Positions 47,805 to 64,000 of a DNA stretch of 64,000 nt are shown piece after piece. Numbering within the stretch: the stretch's first letter is position 1; each line of letters starts with the position of its first letter. This DNA is from an uncultured bacterium. GTDB lineage: Bacteria; SAR324; NAC60-12. The position numbers and the translations under genes are program-made. The stretch lies in assembly GCA_965662235.1 (NCBI GenBank), contig CBFIGY010000002.1, positions 32,001 to 96,000 on the forward strand, in the 5' to 3' direction. The notes beneath the pieces were generated by a model that saw only the letters and a list, made by a program, of their open reading frames with translations, made no database searches and was not told where the DNA came from.

Positions 47805-48138
47805 ATGAGTTTGGTTTTTATTACCAGATCACCCCACGAAATCATCTCGCCCCAGTGAAGGAACTCCCCCAAGCACTTCAGGTGCTCGCCATGTGTCCGC
47901 ACGTTCACCCCTCAGGCGCCTTCGGTCGTTCTGTTTCTCAGAGCACACCGCCTTCATTTCCAGATCACGCCATCACACGACGGGGCATTTCTCGTCTACA
48001 CCCCGACGCCCGCCGCTGGGGAGACACTTGGGAAGGGAGCAAATTGCCCGGAGGGGCCCGGGCCTTGATCCGCCTTTCCGGGCAGCGCTAGCTGTTGCCC
48101 CGGGATCTTGAACGCACCAAAATTTTGCAGGAAGGTTT

Positions 48139-51100
48139 ATGTCGTTACTTCGGAACCGTCACCGCATCCGTCGCTCCTTCGGAAAGATCAATCCGCCGAT
48201 CGGTGTTCCGCACATGCTGCGCATTCAGCTCGACTCCTACGAGCGGTTTCTTCAGCGCGATGTGCCCCCCGACCAGCGTCGGAAAGAAGGACTGGAAGCG
48301 GTGTTCCGCTCGGTGTTCCCCATCTCCGACTTCAGCGGACTGTCGACCCTTGAGTACGTGCACTACCGCCTAGGCGACCCCAAGTACAATGTCGAGGAGT
48401 GCCGGGTCCGAGGGGTTACCTTTGCCTGCCCCATCCGTGTGGCCCTGCGCCTGATCGTCTGGGAAAAGGAGGACGGCTCCGGACAGAAGCACATCAAGGA
48501 GATCAAGGAGCAAGACATCTACCTAGGGGAAATTCCCCTGATGACCCCAACCGGATCCTTCATCATCAACGGCACCGAGCGGGTCATTGTCAGCCAGATG
48601 CACAAGAGCCCCGGGGTCTTCTTCACCCACGACAAGGGAAAGGGCAACGCCGGTGGCAAGCTGCTGTATGCCGCTCGCCTGATCCCCCAGCGGGGCTCCT
48701 GGCTCGATTTCGAATTTGACACCAAGGACCTCCTCAACGTTCGCATCGACCGGCGGCGCAAGCTTCCGGCGACCATCCTCCTCAAGGCCCTGGGGCTCAA
48801 TGAGGAAGAGATCCTTGAAAAGTTCTACCAGTTTGAGTATCTGGAACTGACCGAAGTCGATACCGCCCTCGAGCTTGAGGCCCAGCATTTCTACAAGAAG
48901 CTGGACGCGACCACCTCACTGGACTACCGAACCACGCTCCCGATTGTCAATGAAGAGACCGGTGAGCTGCTGGCGAAGCCCAACACCCGTTTGAACCGCC
49001 GACAGCTCTCCAAGCTGGAAGCCGCCGGCGTCACCCGCATTCCCATCACCTGGGACGAGATCAAGGGACGCATTGCCGCCAAGACCATCACCGTTGACGG
49101 CAAGGTCTTGATTCAGTGCAATGCTCCGCTGACCGCCGAGAGCGTCCGGGCCCTCATTGAAAACGGTATCCAGAACATTGAGGTCCTCCACACCGGCGCC
49201 CAAACCGTTGGCGCTGCTCTGCATGAAACCATGTCCCTAGACAAAGTGCAGAGCCCGGATCAGGCCAAGATTGAGCTGTACAAGCGCATGAAGCCTGGCG
49301 ATCCCCCGACCCTCGAAGCCGCCGAGGCGATGCTCCGCAACTTCTTCTTCAGCGATGAGCGCTACAGCCTCAGCCGTGTGGGCCGTCTGAAGATCAACAA
49401 GAAGCTGGGCCTTGACTACTCCCTCGACCAGCAGGTCCTGACCGTCACCGACATCCTTGAAACCGTCCGCTACCTCCTCGAACTCCGGGAAGGACACCCG
49501 AAGCGTCAGGTCGATGACATCGACCACCTCGGCAACCGCCGGGTCCGGAGCGTTGGAGAGCTGCTGGAGACACAGTTCCGCATTGGCCTCGTCCGCATGG
49601 AGCGCACCATCAAGGAGCGCATGTCCCTGCATGACGCCGAGTCGATGATGCTGCACGACCTTGTGAACGCCAAGCCCGTCGCCGGAGCCATCCACGAGTT
49701 CTTCGGCTCCAGCCAGCTGTCACAGTTCATGGACCAGACCAACCCGCTCTCTGAAATCACCCACAAGCGCCGCCTGAGCGCCCTGGGTCCAGGGGGTCTG
49801 ACGCGAGAACGCGCCGGCTTCGACGTCCGGGACGTCCACTCCTCGCACTACGGACGCATCTGCCCGATTGAAACACCGGAAGGTCCCAACATCGGCCTGA
49901 TTGCCTCCTTGGCCACCTATGGACGGATCAACGAGTTTGGCTTCATCGAAACGCCGTACCTGAAGGTGGAAGAAGGCGTGGTCACCGAGCGCATTGAGTT
50001 CCTGAGCGCCATCGAAGAAGACCAGTTCAAGATCGCCCAGGCCAACTCTCCAATGGACGAGAACCGTCGTCTGACCGAAGAGTTTGTGAGCGTCCGGATC
50101 GGTAGCGAGTTCAGCACCATCCAGAACGACCAGGTCGACTACATGGACGTCGCACCGTCCCAGCTGGTCTCCATTGCCGCCAGCCTGATTCCCTTCCTTG
50201 AGCACGACGACGCCAACCGGGCGCTCATGGGAAGCAACATGCAGCGCCAAGGGGTGCCGCTGGTTCGCTCGAACGCCCCACTCGTTGGGACCGGAGTTGA
50301 GCACCAAGCAGCCGTTGACTCCGGAACCTGCATCGTCGCTAAGCGAAGTGGCGTGGTGGACAGCGCCGACGCCGGCCGGATTGTCATTCAGGCCGACGTG
50401 GACCTGGCTGCTGAAGAAGGAGTCGTCCCGGCCAACGTGGACATTTACCACCTCGTCAAGTACCGCCGGAGCAACCAAAACACCGTCATCAACCAGCGCC
50501 CGATTGTACGACGGGGCGACCTCATCAAGGCCGGAGACGTGATTGCCGATGGTGCCAGCACCGAAAGCGGCGAGCTGGCCTTAGGGCAAAACGTCCTCAT
50601 CGCCTTCATGCCCTGGAACGGTTACAACTTCGAGGACTCCATCATGGTGTCCCAGCGGGTCCTCAGCGACGACGTCTACACGTCCATCCACATCGATGTG
50701 CTGGACACCGTGGCGCGTGACACCAAGCTCGGCAAGGAAGAGATCACCCGGGACCTCCCGAACGTCGGTGAAGAGGCCCTCCGGAACCTGGACGAAAGTG
50801 GCATCATCCGCATCGGGACCTACGTCCGGACCGGAGACATCCTTGTCGGCAAGGTGACCCCCAAGGGCGAAACCCAGCTCAACCCGGAAGAGAAGCTCCT
50901 GCGAGCGATCTTCGGTGAGAAGGCCGGAGACGTCCGCGACACCAGCCTCCGGGTCCCTCAGGGCATGGAAGGTGTGGTCACCGACGTTGTCGTCTTCAAC
51001 CGAGAAGGCGTGGAGCGCGACGAGCGGACCAAGCAGATTGAAGCCGAAACCCTCGCCAAGTTGGAAAAGGACCACCGCGACGAGATCCGCATCGTCCAGA

Positions 51101-52374
51101 CCAACCTAGCCCGTCGCGTCGCGTCCCTTGCTTCTGGAGACAGTCTGGCCCGAGACGTGGTGGACCTGCAGGGAGAGACCCTGGCCAAGCGTGGAGATTC
51201 CGTTTCTGACGAGCTCCTGCAGGGCATCCCCCTGCGCTGCTGGGATCAGGTGGTGGTCAATGAAGACAAGGGCAACGTCCAAAACCAGATTGCCACCCTC
51301 GTCCGCAACGCTCTGCAGCAGATGTACATGCTGGAGAACCTCTTCCAGGATCGCTGTGAGAAGGTTTCCAAGGGCGACGATCTGCCTCCGGGCGTGATCC
51401 GCATGGTCAAGGTCTACATTGCCACCAAGCGCAAGCTCAGCGTCGGTGATAAAATGGCCGGACGGCACGGAAACAAAGGGGTTGTGTCCACCATCCAGCC
51501 GGTGGAAAACATGCCCTACCTGCAAGACGGAACTCCGGTTGACATCGTTCTCAACCCGCTGGGCGTTCCCAGCCGGATGAACATCGGACAGGTTCTGGAA
51601 ACCCACTTGGGCCGGGTTTCCATGGGACTGGGTCAGAAGATCCAAGTCATGCTGGAGCAGTCTCGACAGGAAGCCGCTCAGGAGATCCGGGCCTTCTTTG
51701 GCAAGATCTATGAGAGCCCGGAAGTAGACGGTCACCTAGCGGCCATGGACGATGAGGCGCTGCTGGAGTTTGCCCGCAAGTACCGCAAGGGCATCCCCAT
51801 GGCAACTCCGGTCTTTGATGGCGCCCATGAAACCGACATCCACCGCATGGCTGACTTGGCCGAGCTGCCCAAGTCCGGACAGGTCTGGCTGTACGACGGC
51901 ATGACCGGTGAGCAGTTCGACCAGAAGGTCACCGTTGGGGTCGCTTACATCCTCAAGCTGCACCACCTTGTCGATGAGAAGATCCACGCGCGCTCCATTG
52001 GACCGTACAGCTTGGTCACGCAGCAGCCGCTGGGTGGAAAGGCACAGTTCGGAGGCCAGCGCTTCGGCGAGATGGAGGTCTGGGCCCTGGAGGCGTACGG
52101 CGCCGCACACACCCTCCGTGAGCTGCTGACGGTCAAATCCGACGACGTCCACGGGCGTAACAAGATTTACGAAAACATCGTCAAAGGCAAACACACCGGC
52201 GAAACCGGACTTCCGGAGTCGTTCAAGGTGCTCATCAGCGAGCTCAAGAGCCTGTGCCTCAACATTGAGCTGCTGCAGGAAGTTGAGCCCGAAGAGGCGG
52301 AAGCAGAAGAGACCACCCCGGCTGAGCAGACCACCAGCGCCGAGGCGACGCCTTCTGATGAAGTCCCCGCTTAA
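48139..52374 (+). CDS. rpoB: RNA polymerase beta subunit
   Basis: [57 protein letters not shown]. Confidence 0.99.
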   Translation: MSLLRNRHRIRRSFGKINPPIGVPHMLRIQLDSYERFLQRDVPPDQRRKEGLEAVFRSVFPISDFSGLSTLEYVHYRLGDPKYNVEECRVRGVTFACPIRVALRLIVWEKEDGSGQKHIKEIKEQDIYLGEIPLMTPTGSFIINGTERVIVSQMHKSPGVFFTHDKGKGNAGGKLLYAARLIPQRGSWLDFEFDTKDLLNVRIDRRRKLPATILLKALGLNEEEILEKFYQFEYLELTEVDTALELEAQHFYKKLDATTSLDYRTTLPIVNEETGELLAKPNTRLNRRQLSKLEAAGVTRIPITWDEIKGRIAAKTITVDGKVLIQCNAPLTAESVRALIENGIQNIEVLHTGAQTVGAALHETMSLDKVQSPDQAKIELYKRMKPGDPPTLEAAEAMLRNFFFSDERYSLSRVGRLKINKKLGLDYSLDQQVLTVTDILETVRYLLELREGHPKRQVDDIDHLGNRRVRSVGELLETQFRIGLVRMERTIKERMSLHDAESMMLHDLVNAKPVAGAIHEFFGSSQLSQFMDQTNPLSEITHKRRLSALGPGGLTRERAGFDVRDVHSSHYGRICPIETPEGPNIGLIASLATYGRINEFGFIETPYLKVEEGVVTERIEFLSAIEEDQFKIAQANSPMDENRRLTEEFVSVRIGSEFSTIQNDQVDYMDVAPSQLVSIAASLIPFLEHDDANRALMGSNMQRQGVPLVRSNAPLVGTGVEHQAAVDSGTCIVAKRSGVVDSADAGRIVIQADVDLAAEEGVVPANVDIYHLVKYRRSNQNTVINQRPIVRRGDLIKAGDVIADGASTESGELALGQNVLIAFMPWNGYNFEDSIMVSQRVLSDDVYTSIHIDVLDTVARDTKLGKEEITRDLPNVGEEALRNLDESGIIRIGTYVRTGDILVGKVTPKGETQLNPEEKLLRAIFGEKAGDVRDTSLRVPQGMEGVVTDVVVFNREGVERDERTKQIEAETLAKLEKDHRDEIRIVQTNLARRVASLASGDSLARDVVDLQGETLAKRGDSVSDELLQGIPLRCWDQVVVNEDKGNVQNQIATLVRNALQQMYMLENLFQDRCEKVSKGDDLPPGVIRMVKVYIATKRKLSVGDKMAGRHGNKGVVSTIQPVENMPYLQDGTPVDIVLNPLGVPSRMNIGQVLETHLGRVSMGLGQKIQVMLEQSRQEAAQEIRAFFGKIYESPEVDGHLAAMDDEALLEFARKYRKGIPMATPVFDGAHETDIHRMADLAELPKSGQVWLYDGMTGEQFDQKVTVGVAYILKLHHLVDEKIHARSIGPYSLVTQQPLGGKAQFGGQRFGEMEVWALEAYGAAHTLRELLTVKSDDVHGRNKIYENIVKGKHTGETGLPESFKVLISELKSLCLNIELLQEVEPEEAEAEETTPAEQTTSAEATPSDEVPA

Positions 52375-52473
52375 CCCGATGTTTTGATCAAGCGGGCGGC
52401 TTCTTCACAGCCTCCGCCTGAATTTCTCAAGGACCGCACGGGCCCCTTTCCGGGGCCCCTCATAGGAGAAGCG

Positions 52474-56700
<4,227 letters not shown>

Positions 56701-57132
56701 GTGGCACGTTTTCCCGAACTCCCCCCTTGCTTTCGCCTGGAGTTGGAGGTTCGGGATTACGAGCTGGACCGATTTGGGGTGGTGAACAATGCGGTCTACC
56801 AAAATTACCTCGAGCATGCGCGCCACCAGTACCTGCAGTCTCGAGGCATCAACCTCGACTCTCTGTATCAGCAGGGATACACTCCGGTAGTCACTCAAGC
56901 GGAGATCGCCTACCGAAATTCACTGCAAAGCGGAGATCGTTTTGTGGTCACGCTTGCTGTGGAAACCCTCAGTCGTATCAAGTTTGTGTTCCTTCAAACC
57001 CTGGTACGGGAGCGCCCGCCTCACCCTATTGTCTGGTCCCGCATCTCCGGGACCGTCCTCAACGCCTCTGGACGTCCTGAGTTTCCGCCTGACTTCCAGC
57101 TTCTTCACGCTGATCTTACCCTGAACACCTGA
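56701..57132 (+). CDS. Acyl-CoA thioesterase (YbgC/4HBT hot-dog fold)
   Basis: VRDYELDRFGVVNNAVYQNYLEHAR. Confidence 0.9.
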   Translation: MARFPELPPCFRLELEVRDYELDRFGVVNNAVYQNYLEHARHQYLQSRGINLDSLYQQGYTPVVTQAEIAYRNSLQSGDRFVVTLAVETLSRIKFVFLQTLVRERPPHPIVWSRISGTVLNASGRPEFPPDFQLLHADLTLNT

Positions 57133-57134
57133 TT

Positions 57135-59207
57135 ATGCTTACTGCTGAACAGCACCACCTGTGTGCCAATACCGTCCGCTTCCTTGCAGCTGATGCCGTC
57201 CAAGCGGCCAACTCCGGACACCCGGGCGCGCCCATGGGAATGGCCGACCTTGCTGTGGTTCTCTGGACCCGCTTCCTGCGTTACGACCCACAGGCCCCGG
57301 ACTGGAAGAACCGTGATCGCTTTGTCCTCTCTGCCGGACACGCCTCCATGCTCCTCTACTCCATGCTGCACCTCAGCGGCTACAAGGTGTCTCTGGACGA
57401 CCTCAAGCAGTTCCGGCAAAAGGACAGCATCACCCCCGGACACCCGGAGGTTGGGCTGACTCCCGGTGTGGAATGCACCACTGGCCCTCTCGGAGCCGGA
57501 TTCAGCAACGGCGTCGGCATGGCCCTCGCGTCCAAAATGATGGGCGCCCGTTTCAACCAGACGGCTCCGCTGGTCACAGCCCGAACCTTTGTGATCTGCA
57601 GTGACGGAGACCTTCAGGAAGGCGTTGCCTCTGAAGCGGCTTCCCTTGCAGGGCACCTGCGTCTTGGCAACCTTGTGGCCCTTTACGACTGCAACGACAT
57701 TACCATTGGCGGACGCGCCAGCCTCTCAATGAGCGAAAACGTGGCTCAGCGCTTCCAGGCGTACGGCTGGCACACCGTTGAGTGTGACGGACACAATCCG
57801 GATGAAATCGCCGCTGCCCTTGATGCCGCAGTGGCCGAGTCGGGCAAACCCTCGCTGGTGATCGCCCGGACCACCATTGGCAAAGGCGCTCCGACCAAGG
57901 CCGATACGTCCGGATCCCACGGCGCACCGCTCGGACCGGAAGAGATCAAGGCGGCCAAAGAAGCCGTGAACTGGCCTCAGGAAGCCTTTTATGTTCCGGA
58001 AGAAGTTCGCGCCTGCTTCCAGCAACGTGCTGAAGCAAACCAGCAGGAACACGCCACCTGGAAACAAACCCTGGAAACCTGGAAGTCCGGAAACCCGGAA
58101 CAGGCCGCCGTGTGGGACGCCCACTGGAACCACACCCTTCCGGATGACCTGCTGGAGCAGCTGGTCGCCGCCGTTGGGGACAAGGTGGACGCAACCCGGA
58201 ACCTGTCTGGCGCTGTGATCCAGAAGATTGCTGAACTCGTCCCTGCCTTTGCCGGTGGCTCAGCAGACCTGGAGCCCAGCAACAAGACCCTCATCAAGGA
58301 TGGCGGCAGCATCCGTCCCAGCGAGAACGCGAACCTCGACCAAGCAGACCCCGCCTTTGCTGGACGAAACATCCACTTTGGCATCCGTGAGCATGGCATG
58401 GGCGGCATCACCAACGGCATGGCGCTGTTCGGAAGCTGGCTTCCCTACTGCGGCACCTTCGAGGTCTTCTCCGACTACATGCGTCCGTCAGTCCGCCTCG
58501 CGTCCCTCTCCCACCTGCCCAGCGTGTTCGTGTTCACTCACGACTCCATTGGCGTTGGAGAAGACGGCCCCACCCACCAGCCGATTGAACACCACTGGGC
58601 CCTGCGGTTGATTCCGGGCGTTGAAGTGTGGCGTCCGGCAGATGCGCTGGAAACCGCAGTCGCTTGGGCCTGCTCGCTGGAACCGGAAGCCGACAAGCCC
58701 AACCCCAGTGCCCTGCTGCTGACACGGCAAACCACAGCACTGCTGGAGCGGGATGACGCCTTTGAGATGTATGACGCCGCTGCTGGAGGCTATGTCGTCC
58801 GCAAGTACGTCGAGGATCCGGAGCTGATCTTAGTTTCCACAGGATCAGAAGGAGGCATTGTCCAAGAGGCCTGTAAGGAGCTCGACCAAGAAGGCTTCTC
58901 CGTCTGGCACGTGTCCATGCCCTGCCTTGAGCGCTTTGAGAAGCAAGCCATCGACTACCAACTGTCGGTGTTCCCGCCCTCTGCCACCATCATTGCTGTG
59001 GAAGCCGGCACGACCCGACCGTGGTACCAGTACGCCGATCACGCCATTGGCATTGATGAGTTCGGCATGTCTGCTCCCGGAGAAGAAATCTTTGAAGCCT
59101 TTGAACTGAACACCAAGCGCATTGTTGAAGACGTCATGGAGCTGTTCGACTCTGCCGCAGAGATGCAGGCCCTCCTGGAGCAAGTCGAGGAAGAAGAGTC
59201 GAAATGA
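57135..59207 (+). CDS. tkt: Transketolase
   Basis: ANSGHPGAPMG, RDRFVLSAGH, TTGPLG, DGDLQEG, FGIREHGM, THDSIGVGEDGPTHQP. Confidence 0.97.
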   Translation: MLTAEQHHLCANTVRFLAADAVQAANSGHPGAPMGMADLAVVLWTRFLRYDPQAPDWKNRDRFVLSAGHASMLLYSMLHLSGYKVSLDDLKQFRQKDSITPGHPEVGLTPGVECTTGPLGAGFSNGVGMALASKMMGARFNQTAPLVTARTFVICSDGDLQEGVASEAASLAGHLRLGNLVALYDCNDITIGGRASLSMSENVAQRFQAYGWHTVECDGHNPDEIAAALDAAVAESGKPSLVIARTTIGKGAPTKADTSGSHGAPLGPEEIKAAKEAVNWPQEAFYVPEEVRACFQQRAEANQQEHATWKQTLETWKSGNPEQAAVWDAHWNHTLPDDLLEQLVAAVGDKVDATRNLSGAVIQKIAELVPAFAGGSADLEPSNKTLIKDGGSIRPSENANLDQADPAFAGRNIHFGIREHGMGGITNGMALFGSWLPYCGTFEVFSDYMRPSVRLASLSHLPSVFVFTHDSIGVGEDGPTHQPIEHHWALRLIPGVEVWRPADALETAVAWACSLEPEADKPNPSALLLTRQTTALLERDDAFEMYDAAAGGYVVRKYVEDPELILVSTGSEGGIVQEACKELDQEGFSVWHVSMPCLERFEKQAIDYQLSVFPPSATIIAVEAGTTRPWYQYADHAIGIDEFGMSAPGEEIFEAFELNTKRIVEDVMELFDSAAEMQALLEQVEEEESK

Positions 59208-59881
59208 GCCAGGCCAAGCAACAGGCGGCAGCAGCAGCCGCTGAGCAGATCGAGTCCGGAATGGTTGTCGGGCTCGGCACCGGCTCCACGGCGGCCCTCT
59301 TCGTCAAGATCCTTGGAGAGCGGGTCCGGCGGGAAAACCTCCGCATCCAGGGCATCCCGACGTCGCAGTCCACTCGTGAGTTGGCTCAGCAAGAAGGCAT
59401 TGAGCTGATCGACTTCCACACCACCACCTCCATCGACCTCACCGTTGACGGAGCGGATGAGGTGGACCCCGCGTTCCGGCTCATCAAAGGGGGCGGAGCC
59501 GCGTTGCTCTGGGAAAAAATTGTCGCCTCCGCCTCTAAAAGGGAGATCATTGTCGCCGATGCGTCCAAGCAGGTAGCGCAGTTGGGAGCGTTTCCGCTCC
59601 CCGTTGAGGTCATTCCCTTCGGCTGGCCTGTGGTCGCCGCCAAGATTCAGGACCTTGGCGGGAACCCGAAGCTGCGGCTGGCCGGCGAGACGCCGGTCAC
59701 CACTGACCAGGGAAACGTTGTCCTCGACTGCCACTTTGGCGTCATCTCAGACCCGGAACAGCTGGAGGCCCAACTCAACCTGATTCCTGGCGTTGTGGAA
59801 AATGGGCTCTTCATCAACCTCTGCTCCACGCTGATTGTTTCAGACGGCACCACCACCACGGTCACCGAAGCCTCAGCCTGA
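59204..59881 (+). CDS. rpiA: Ribose-5-phosphate isomerase A
   Basis: GLGTGST, DGADEVD, IKGGGAALLWEKIV, TDQGN, IPGVVENGLF. Confidence 0.97.
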   Translation: MSQAKQQAAAAAAEQIESGMVVGLGTGSTAALFVKILGERVRRENLRIQGIPTSQSTRELAQQEGIELIDFHTTTSIDLTVDGADEVDPAFRLIKGGGAALLWEKIVASASKREIIVADASKQVAQLGAFPLPVEVIPFGWPVVAAKIQDLGGNPKLRLAGETPVTTDQGNVVLDCHFGVISDPEQLEAQLNLIPGVVENGLFINLCSTLIVSDGTTTTVTEASA

Positions 59882-59926
59882 GTGACCGTCGTGAGGCGCC
59901 CCGTAACGGCCGAAACTTCGGCCTGA

Positions 59927-61039
<1,113 letters not shown>

Positions 61040-61050
61040 GCCTCACTCCC

Positions 61051-61070
61051 CGGGACGCTTCGGCGTCCCG
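61051..61070 (+). terminator. Hairpin after gap
   Basis: CGGGACGC-TTCG-GCGTCCCG, weak U-tract. Confidence 0.5.
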
Positions 61071-61094
61071 CCTCCCCTTGCTCCGCCCGTTTCC

Positions 61095-61430
61095 ATGACT
61101 CCTGAAACCTCCCCTCGTCCCTGGCGCGAACGCTACCATCACGGCGAGCCCGGAAAATTCATTGTCTATGCGGCCAACGATCAGCCTGTGGCTGAGGTCC
61201 AGAACCAGGACCCGGAAGCCATGGCTCCGGATGCTCATTTGGTGGCTGCGGCGCCGCTGCTCTATGAGGCCCTGCGCGAACTGCTTGCCTCCACGGAAAC
61301 CGCCCTCCACGACCAAGGCATTGGCTGCGAATGCGACCGCTGTGAAGCCGCCAAGCAGCTCGCCTACCGCGCCATTGGTCACGCTGAAGGCAAAACGCCG
61401 CTCAAGGAAGGTATGCCGGGCACCTTCTGA
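61095..61430 (+). CDS. Small hypothetical protein with phage-type PW...AHLVAAAPLLYEAL motif
   Basis: 111-aa ORF; motif as named, plus CECDRC. Confidence 0.7.
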   Translation: MTPETSPRPWRERYHHGEPGKFIVYAANDQPVAEVQNQDPEAMAPDAHLVAAAPLLYEALRELLASTETALHDQGIGCECDRCEAAKQLAYRAIGHAEGKTPLKEGMPGTF

Positions 61431-61522
61431 GCGCCGGCCCTCCGGTTTTCCAAGACATTCCCCCCAATCCATGCTAGTGGTGAAAGTAAGGTTTCCAAGC
61501 CCACTTTTCTTCCAGAGGCGCC

Positions 61523-62086
61523 ATGACCACACCGCTACGCATCTCCCTCACCCTCACGCTTTTCACGCTGCTGCTCGGCAGTTCCTTGGCCACTGCTGAT
61601 CAAACCAGTTCCCGCTTGCCCCCACTCTTTGAGCACCTTCAGGCGGCAAAGAGCCCCTTGGAGGCACAGATGCTGGAACAGATGATCTGGGAGGTGTGGA
61701 TTGAGCACGGCGATGAGGCCATTCAGCAGCAGATGAGCGAGGCCGCTGGCTTCATGAATCAGCAGGACTATGCCGCTGCCTTGGCGGTGCTGGATCAGGT
61801 GGTGGAACAGGCTCCGGACTATGCAGAAGGGTGGAACCGCCGGGCGACCGTCCGGTTTCTCGTGAAGGACTACGAAGGCTCCATTGCTGACATCGACCGG
61901 ACCCTTGCGCTGGAACCGCGGCACTTCGGAGCGCTGTCTGGGCTGGGGCAGATCTACCTCCTGCAGCAGCGTCCGGTTGAGGCCTTGGGCGCCTTTGATC
62001 AGGCCCTTGAGGCCAACCCCAACATGTCAGCCGTGCAGGAGTTGCGAGACCGTCTGGAGCAGCGGATCAAGCAGCAGGCCATCTGA
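61523..62086 (+). CDS. Exported TPR protein
   Basis: Signal peptide; PDYAEGWNRRAT, LEPRHFGALSGLG TPR repeats. Confidence 0.9.
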   Translation: MTTPLRISLTLTLFTLLLGSSLATADQTSSRLPPLFEHLQAAKSPLEAQMLEQMIWEVWIEHGDEAIQQQMSEAAGFMNQQDYAAALAVLDQVVEQAPDYAEGWNRRATVRFLVKDYEGSIADIDRTLALEPRHFGALSGLGQIYLLQQRPVEALGAFDQALEANPNMSAVQELRDRLEQRIKQQAI

Positions 62087-62088
62087 CA

Positions 62089-63201
62089 TCACGCCGGAAG
62101 CTCCTTCAGCACCGAAGGGTCGGTCTCCTGCTTCCGTAAATGCTCCAGTGCCTGCTCGGCAGCAGGTCCCCCAATGGTCCGGAGCGCCCACGCTGCGTGC
62201 TGCCGAATCAGCGGCTCCGGGTCGTCCAGCGCCTGCGCCAGCACCGGAACCGCTTCCGGGCTTCCCCAGTTTCCCAAAGCCACCGCAACATTCCGGAGCA
62301 AGCCCCGCCGCTTGGTTCGCCACAGAGGGGTCTTCCGGAACCGCTTGCGAAACGCCTCTTCATCCCATGTCATCCACTCCAACAGATGGGGCTGCAGCCG
62401 TTCCGGATCAGGCTCAAACTCCGGAGCATCTGCCGCAGGAGCCCGACGGTTCCAAGGGCAGACTTCCTGACAGAGGTCACACCCAAAGAGGTGCGTGCCC
62501 ATCCCCGGACGGAGGTCTTCCGGGATTTCCCCCTTCAGCTCAATCGTGAGGTACGAAATGCACCGTCGGGCATCCACCGTCCGGTCGGCAACAATCGCAT
62601 CTGTTGGGCAAACGTCAATGCAACGGGTGCAGGAGCCGCAGTTGATACGAGTGAAGGGGGAGTCTTCAGGCAGGTCTGCAGCCAGCAGTAGCTCAGCTAG
62701 GAAGAAGTAGGAACCTTGCTCAGGATGAATGATGCAGGAGTGCTTGCCGAACCATCCCAGCCCCGCCCGCTGGGCGTATTCCCGTTCCAGCACCGGGCCT
62801 GAGTCCACAAAGCTCCGGCTGGGCGCTGTCAGTCCCAGTTCCGTGTGAGCAAACGCGGCCAGAGCGTTGAGCTTTTCCCGGACGACGTCATGGTAGTCGA
62901 CGCCTAGGGCGTAACGGCTGATCCGCCCGACCCCCGGTTGCGGAGGTGGAACTTCTGGCGGCGCATAGCGGATGCCCAAGGCCACCAGCGTCTGTGCCTC
63001 TGGGAGCAGCGTCCGGACGTCTCGCTTCAGCTCGGTGTGCCGCTCCAGGTACCCCATGGCGCCGGCGTACCCCTGCTGAAGCCAGTTGACGTAAATGGCG
63101 TGCGTCTGGCTCGGGGTCACCCGTAGGGTTCCGAACAGTGAGAAGCCCAGTTTTTGCGCGTGACGACGCAGGATTTCTTTGCGATACTCTGGACCCGGCA
63201 T
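62089..63201 (-). CDS. queG: Epoxyqueuosine reductase
   Basis: ISRYA.G.DYH, VDSGPVLER, CGSCTRCIDVCPT, CISYLTIE, GCDLCQEVCPWN, HEAT tail. Confidence 0.96.
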   Translation of the reverse strand: MPGPEYRKEILRRHAQKLGFSLFGTLRVTPSQTHAIYVNWLQQGYAGAMGYLERHTELKRDVRTLLPEAQTLVALGIRYAPPEVPPPQPGVGRISRYALGVDYHDVVREKLNALAAFAHTELGLTAPSRSFVDSGPVLEREYAQRAGLGWFGKHSCIIHPEQGSYFFLAELLLAADLPEDSPFTRINCGSCTRCIDVCPTDAIVADRTVDARRCISYLTIELKGEIPEDLRPGMGTHLFGCDLCQEVCPWNRRAPAADAPEFEPDPERLQPHLLEWMTWDEEAFRKRFRKTPLWRTKRRGLLRNVAVALGNWGSPEAVPVLAQALDDPEPLIRQHAAWALRTIGGPAAEQALEHLRKQETDPSVLKELPA

Positions 63202-63304
63202 GTGCTAAAATAGCTATAAGATTCCAGATTGGTTGTGTTAGGATAACGCTTTTTTTCGGGCGAACTGCGCTTCGCTGCTGCTTACACTCACGTGGGGGGT
63301 ACTC

Positions 63305-64000
63305 GTGAGCATCATTCTCCGGATCCAGGTTCAGGGACTGCTGCTGCTCTGTTTGATCGTCTGGCCACAAGAGATTGACCCGCCCTTCTTACTGAACACC
63401 CCGCTTCACGCCAGCAACGCCATCTACCCCAACGCCTCCAGCAGTCACCTAGACTGGACGGCAATTCCTCCGGACTACGCGTTTCCTCTGCAGGACCGAC
63501 GCTTTCAGAAGCCTCTAGCGTCTCAGCCCCTCATCCAGCAGCTCGACACTCTGGCGGAGCCGCTGATTCAGCAGCACCCCGACTGGGAAGAAACCCAGCT
63601 CACCAAGCAGTTCTATCAGTTTTACCTCGGTTACGACGCCTTTTCGCGGCTCCGTTACGAACGCGGAGTCCACTACCTTGACACCCAGCGGGATCGGGAC
63701 GCTCTGGCCGAGTTCATGGTGCAGCAGCGGTGGACCACCGAGGTACTGGAACGTTACTCCACGCATCCCGACTACGGTCACTTGCCCGGTTACCTGTTCC
63801 GGACCCTCGCCACCATCCAGACGGCTGCCCACTTCTTTGAAATCCCCTACCCCACGCTGTTCTGCCTGTTCTTTCAAGAGTCTAAGCTGGACTACCGCAT
63901 GGTCAGCCGCACGGGCGCCCGAGGCGTGGGGCAGTTGACCTCCATCGCGCTCCGACAGGTGATGACCCTCCGGGACCGTGATGACAACGAGCGCCTCCTT
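63305..64000 (+). CDS. SLT-domain lytic transglycosylase-like protein (3' truncated)
   Basis: Not in the ORF track. The frame from GTG 63305 runs off the end and reads FFQESKLDYRMVSRTGARGVGQLT (SLT motifs I and II). Confidence 0.75.
   Translation, partial: MSIILRIQVQGLLLLCLIVWPQEIDPPFLLNTPLHASNAIYPNASSSHLDWTAIPPDYAFPLQDRRFQKPLASQPLIQQLDTLAEPLIQQHPDWEETQLTKQFYQFYLGYDAFSRLRYERGVHYLDTQRDRDALAEFMVQQRWTTEVLERYSTHPDYGHLPGYLFRTLATIQTAAHFFEIPYPTLFCLFFQESKLDYRMVSRTGARGVGQLTSIALRQVMTLRDRDDNERLL

Noticed and set aside
47855..48091. 78-aa ORF in the rpoB leader
   Set aside because: Atypical composition and no family resemblance; treated as non-coding leader.

Overview
About 60% GC chromosomal window of mostly core genes, with no tRNA/rRNA, CRISPR array, integrase or transposase seen. 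Gene content and RpoB/RpoC style suggest a deltaproteobacterium-like organism, possibly SAR324 (inference only). It holds a partial flagellar export operon (fliL-fliL-fliN-fliO-fliP-fliQ), lptB-rpoN-pspA, a 17-kb chemosensory cluster (cheY, CheX-like DUF3334, three MCPs, REC-adenylate cyclase, sensor kinase, cheA, cheW, cheR, cheD, cheB), a stand-alone rpoBC, tkt-rpiA-gap, and assorted enzymes (ispE, uppP, queG, aminopeptidase P, prenyl synthase). Best leads: (1) a candidate storage/dormancy module of palindromic operator, phasin-like gene, SutA-like small protein and a 3'-UTR RNA with C-rich loops; (2) a catalytically dead M1 aminopeptidase fused to an Omp85 barrel; (3) two HAMP-less chemoreceptors with symmetric 21-residue insertions and an identical 36-nt 3' end; (4) an active/inactive Deg protease pair; (5) strong over-representation of the palindrome TCCGGA; (6) a recurring promoter form, -35 box / 17 nt / TA-N4-T. 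All calls come from reading motifs by eye; no database searches were run.
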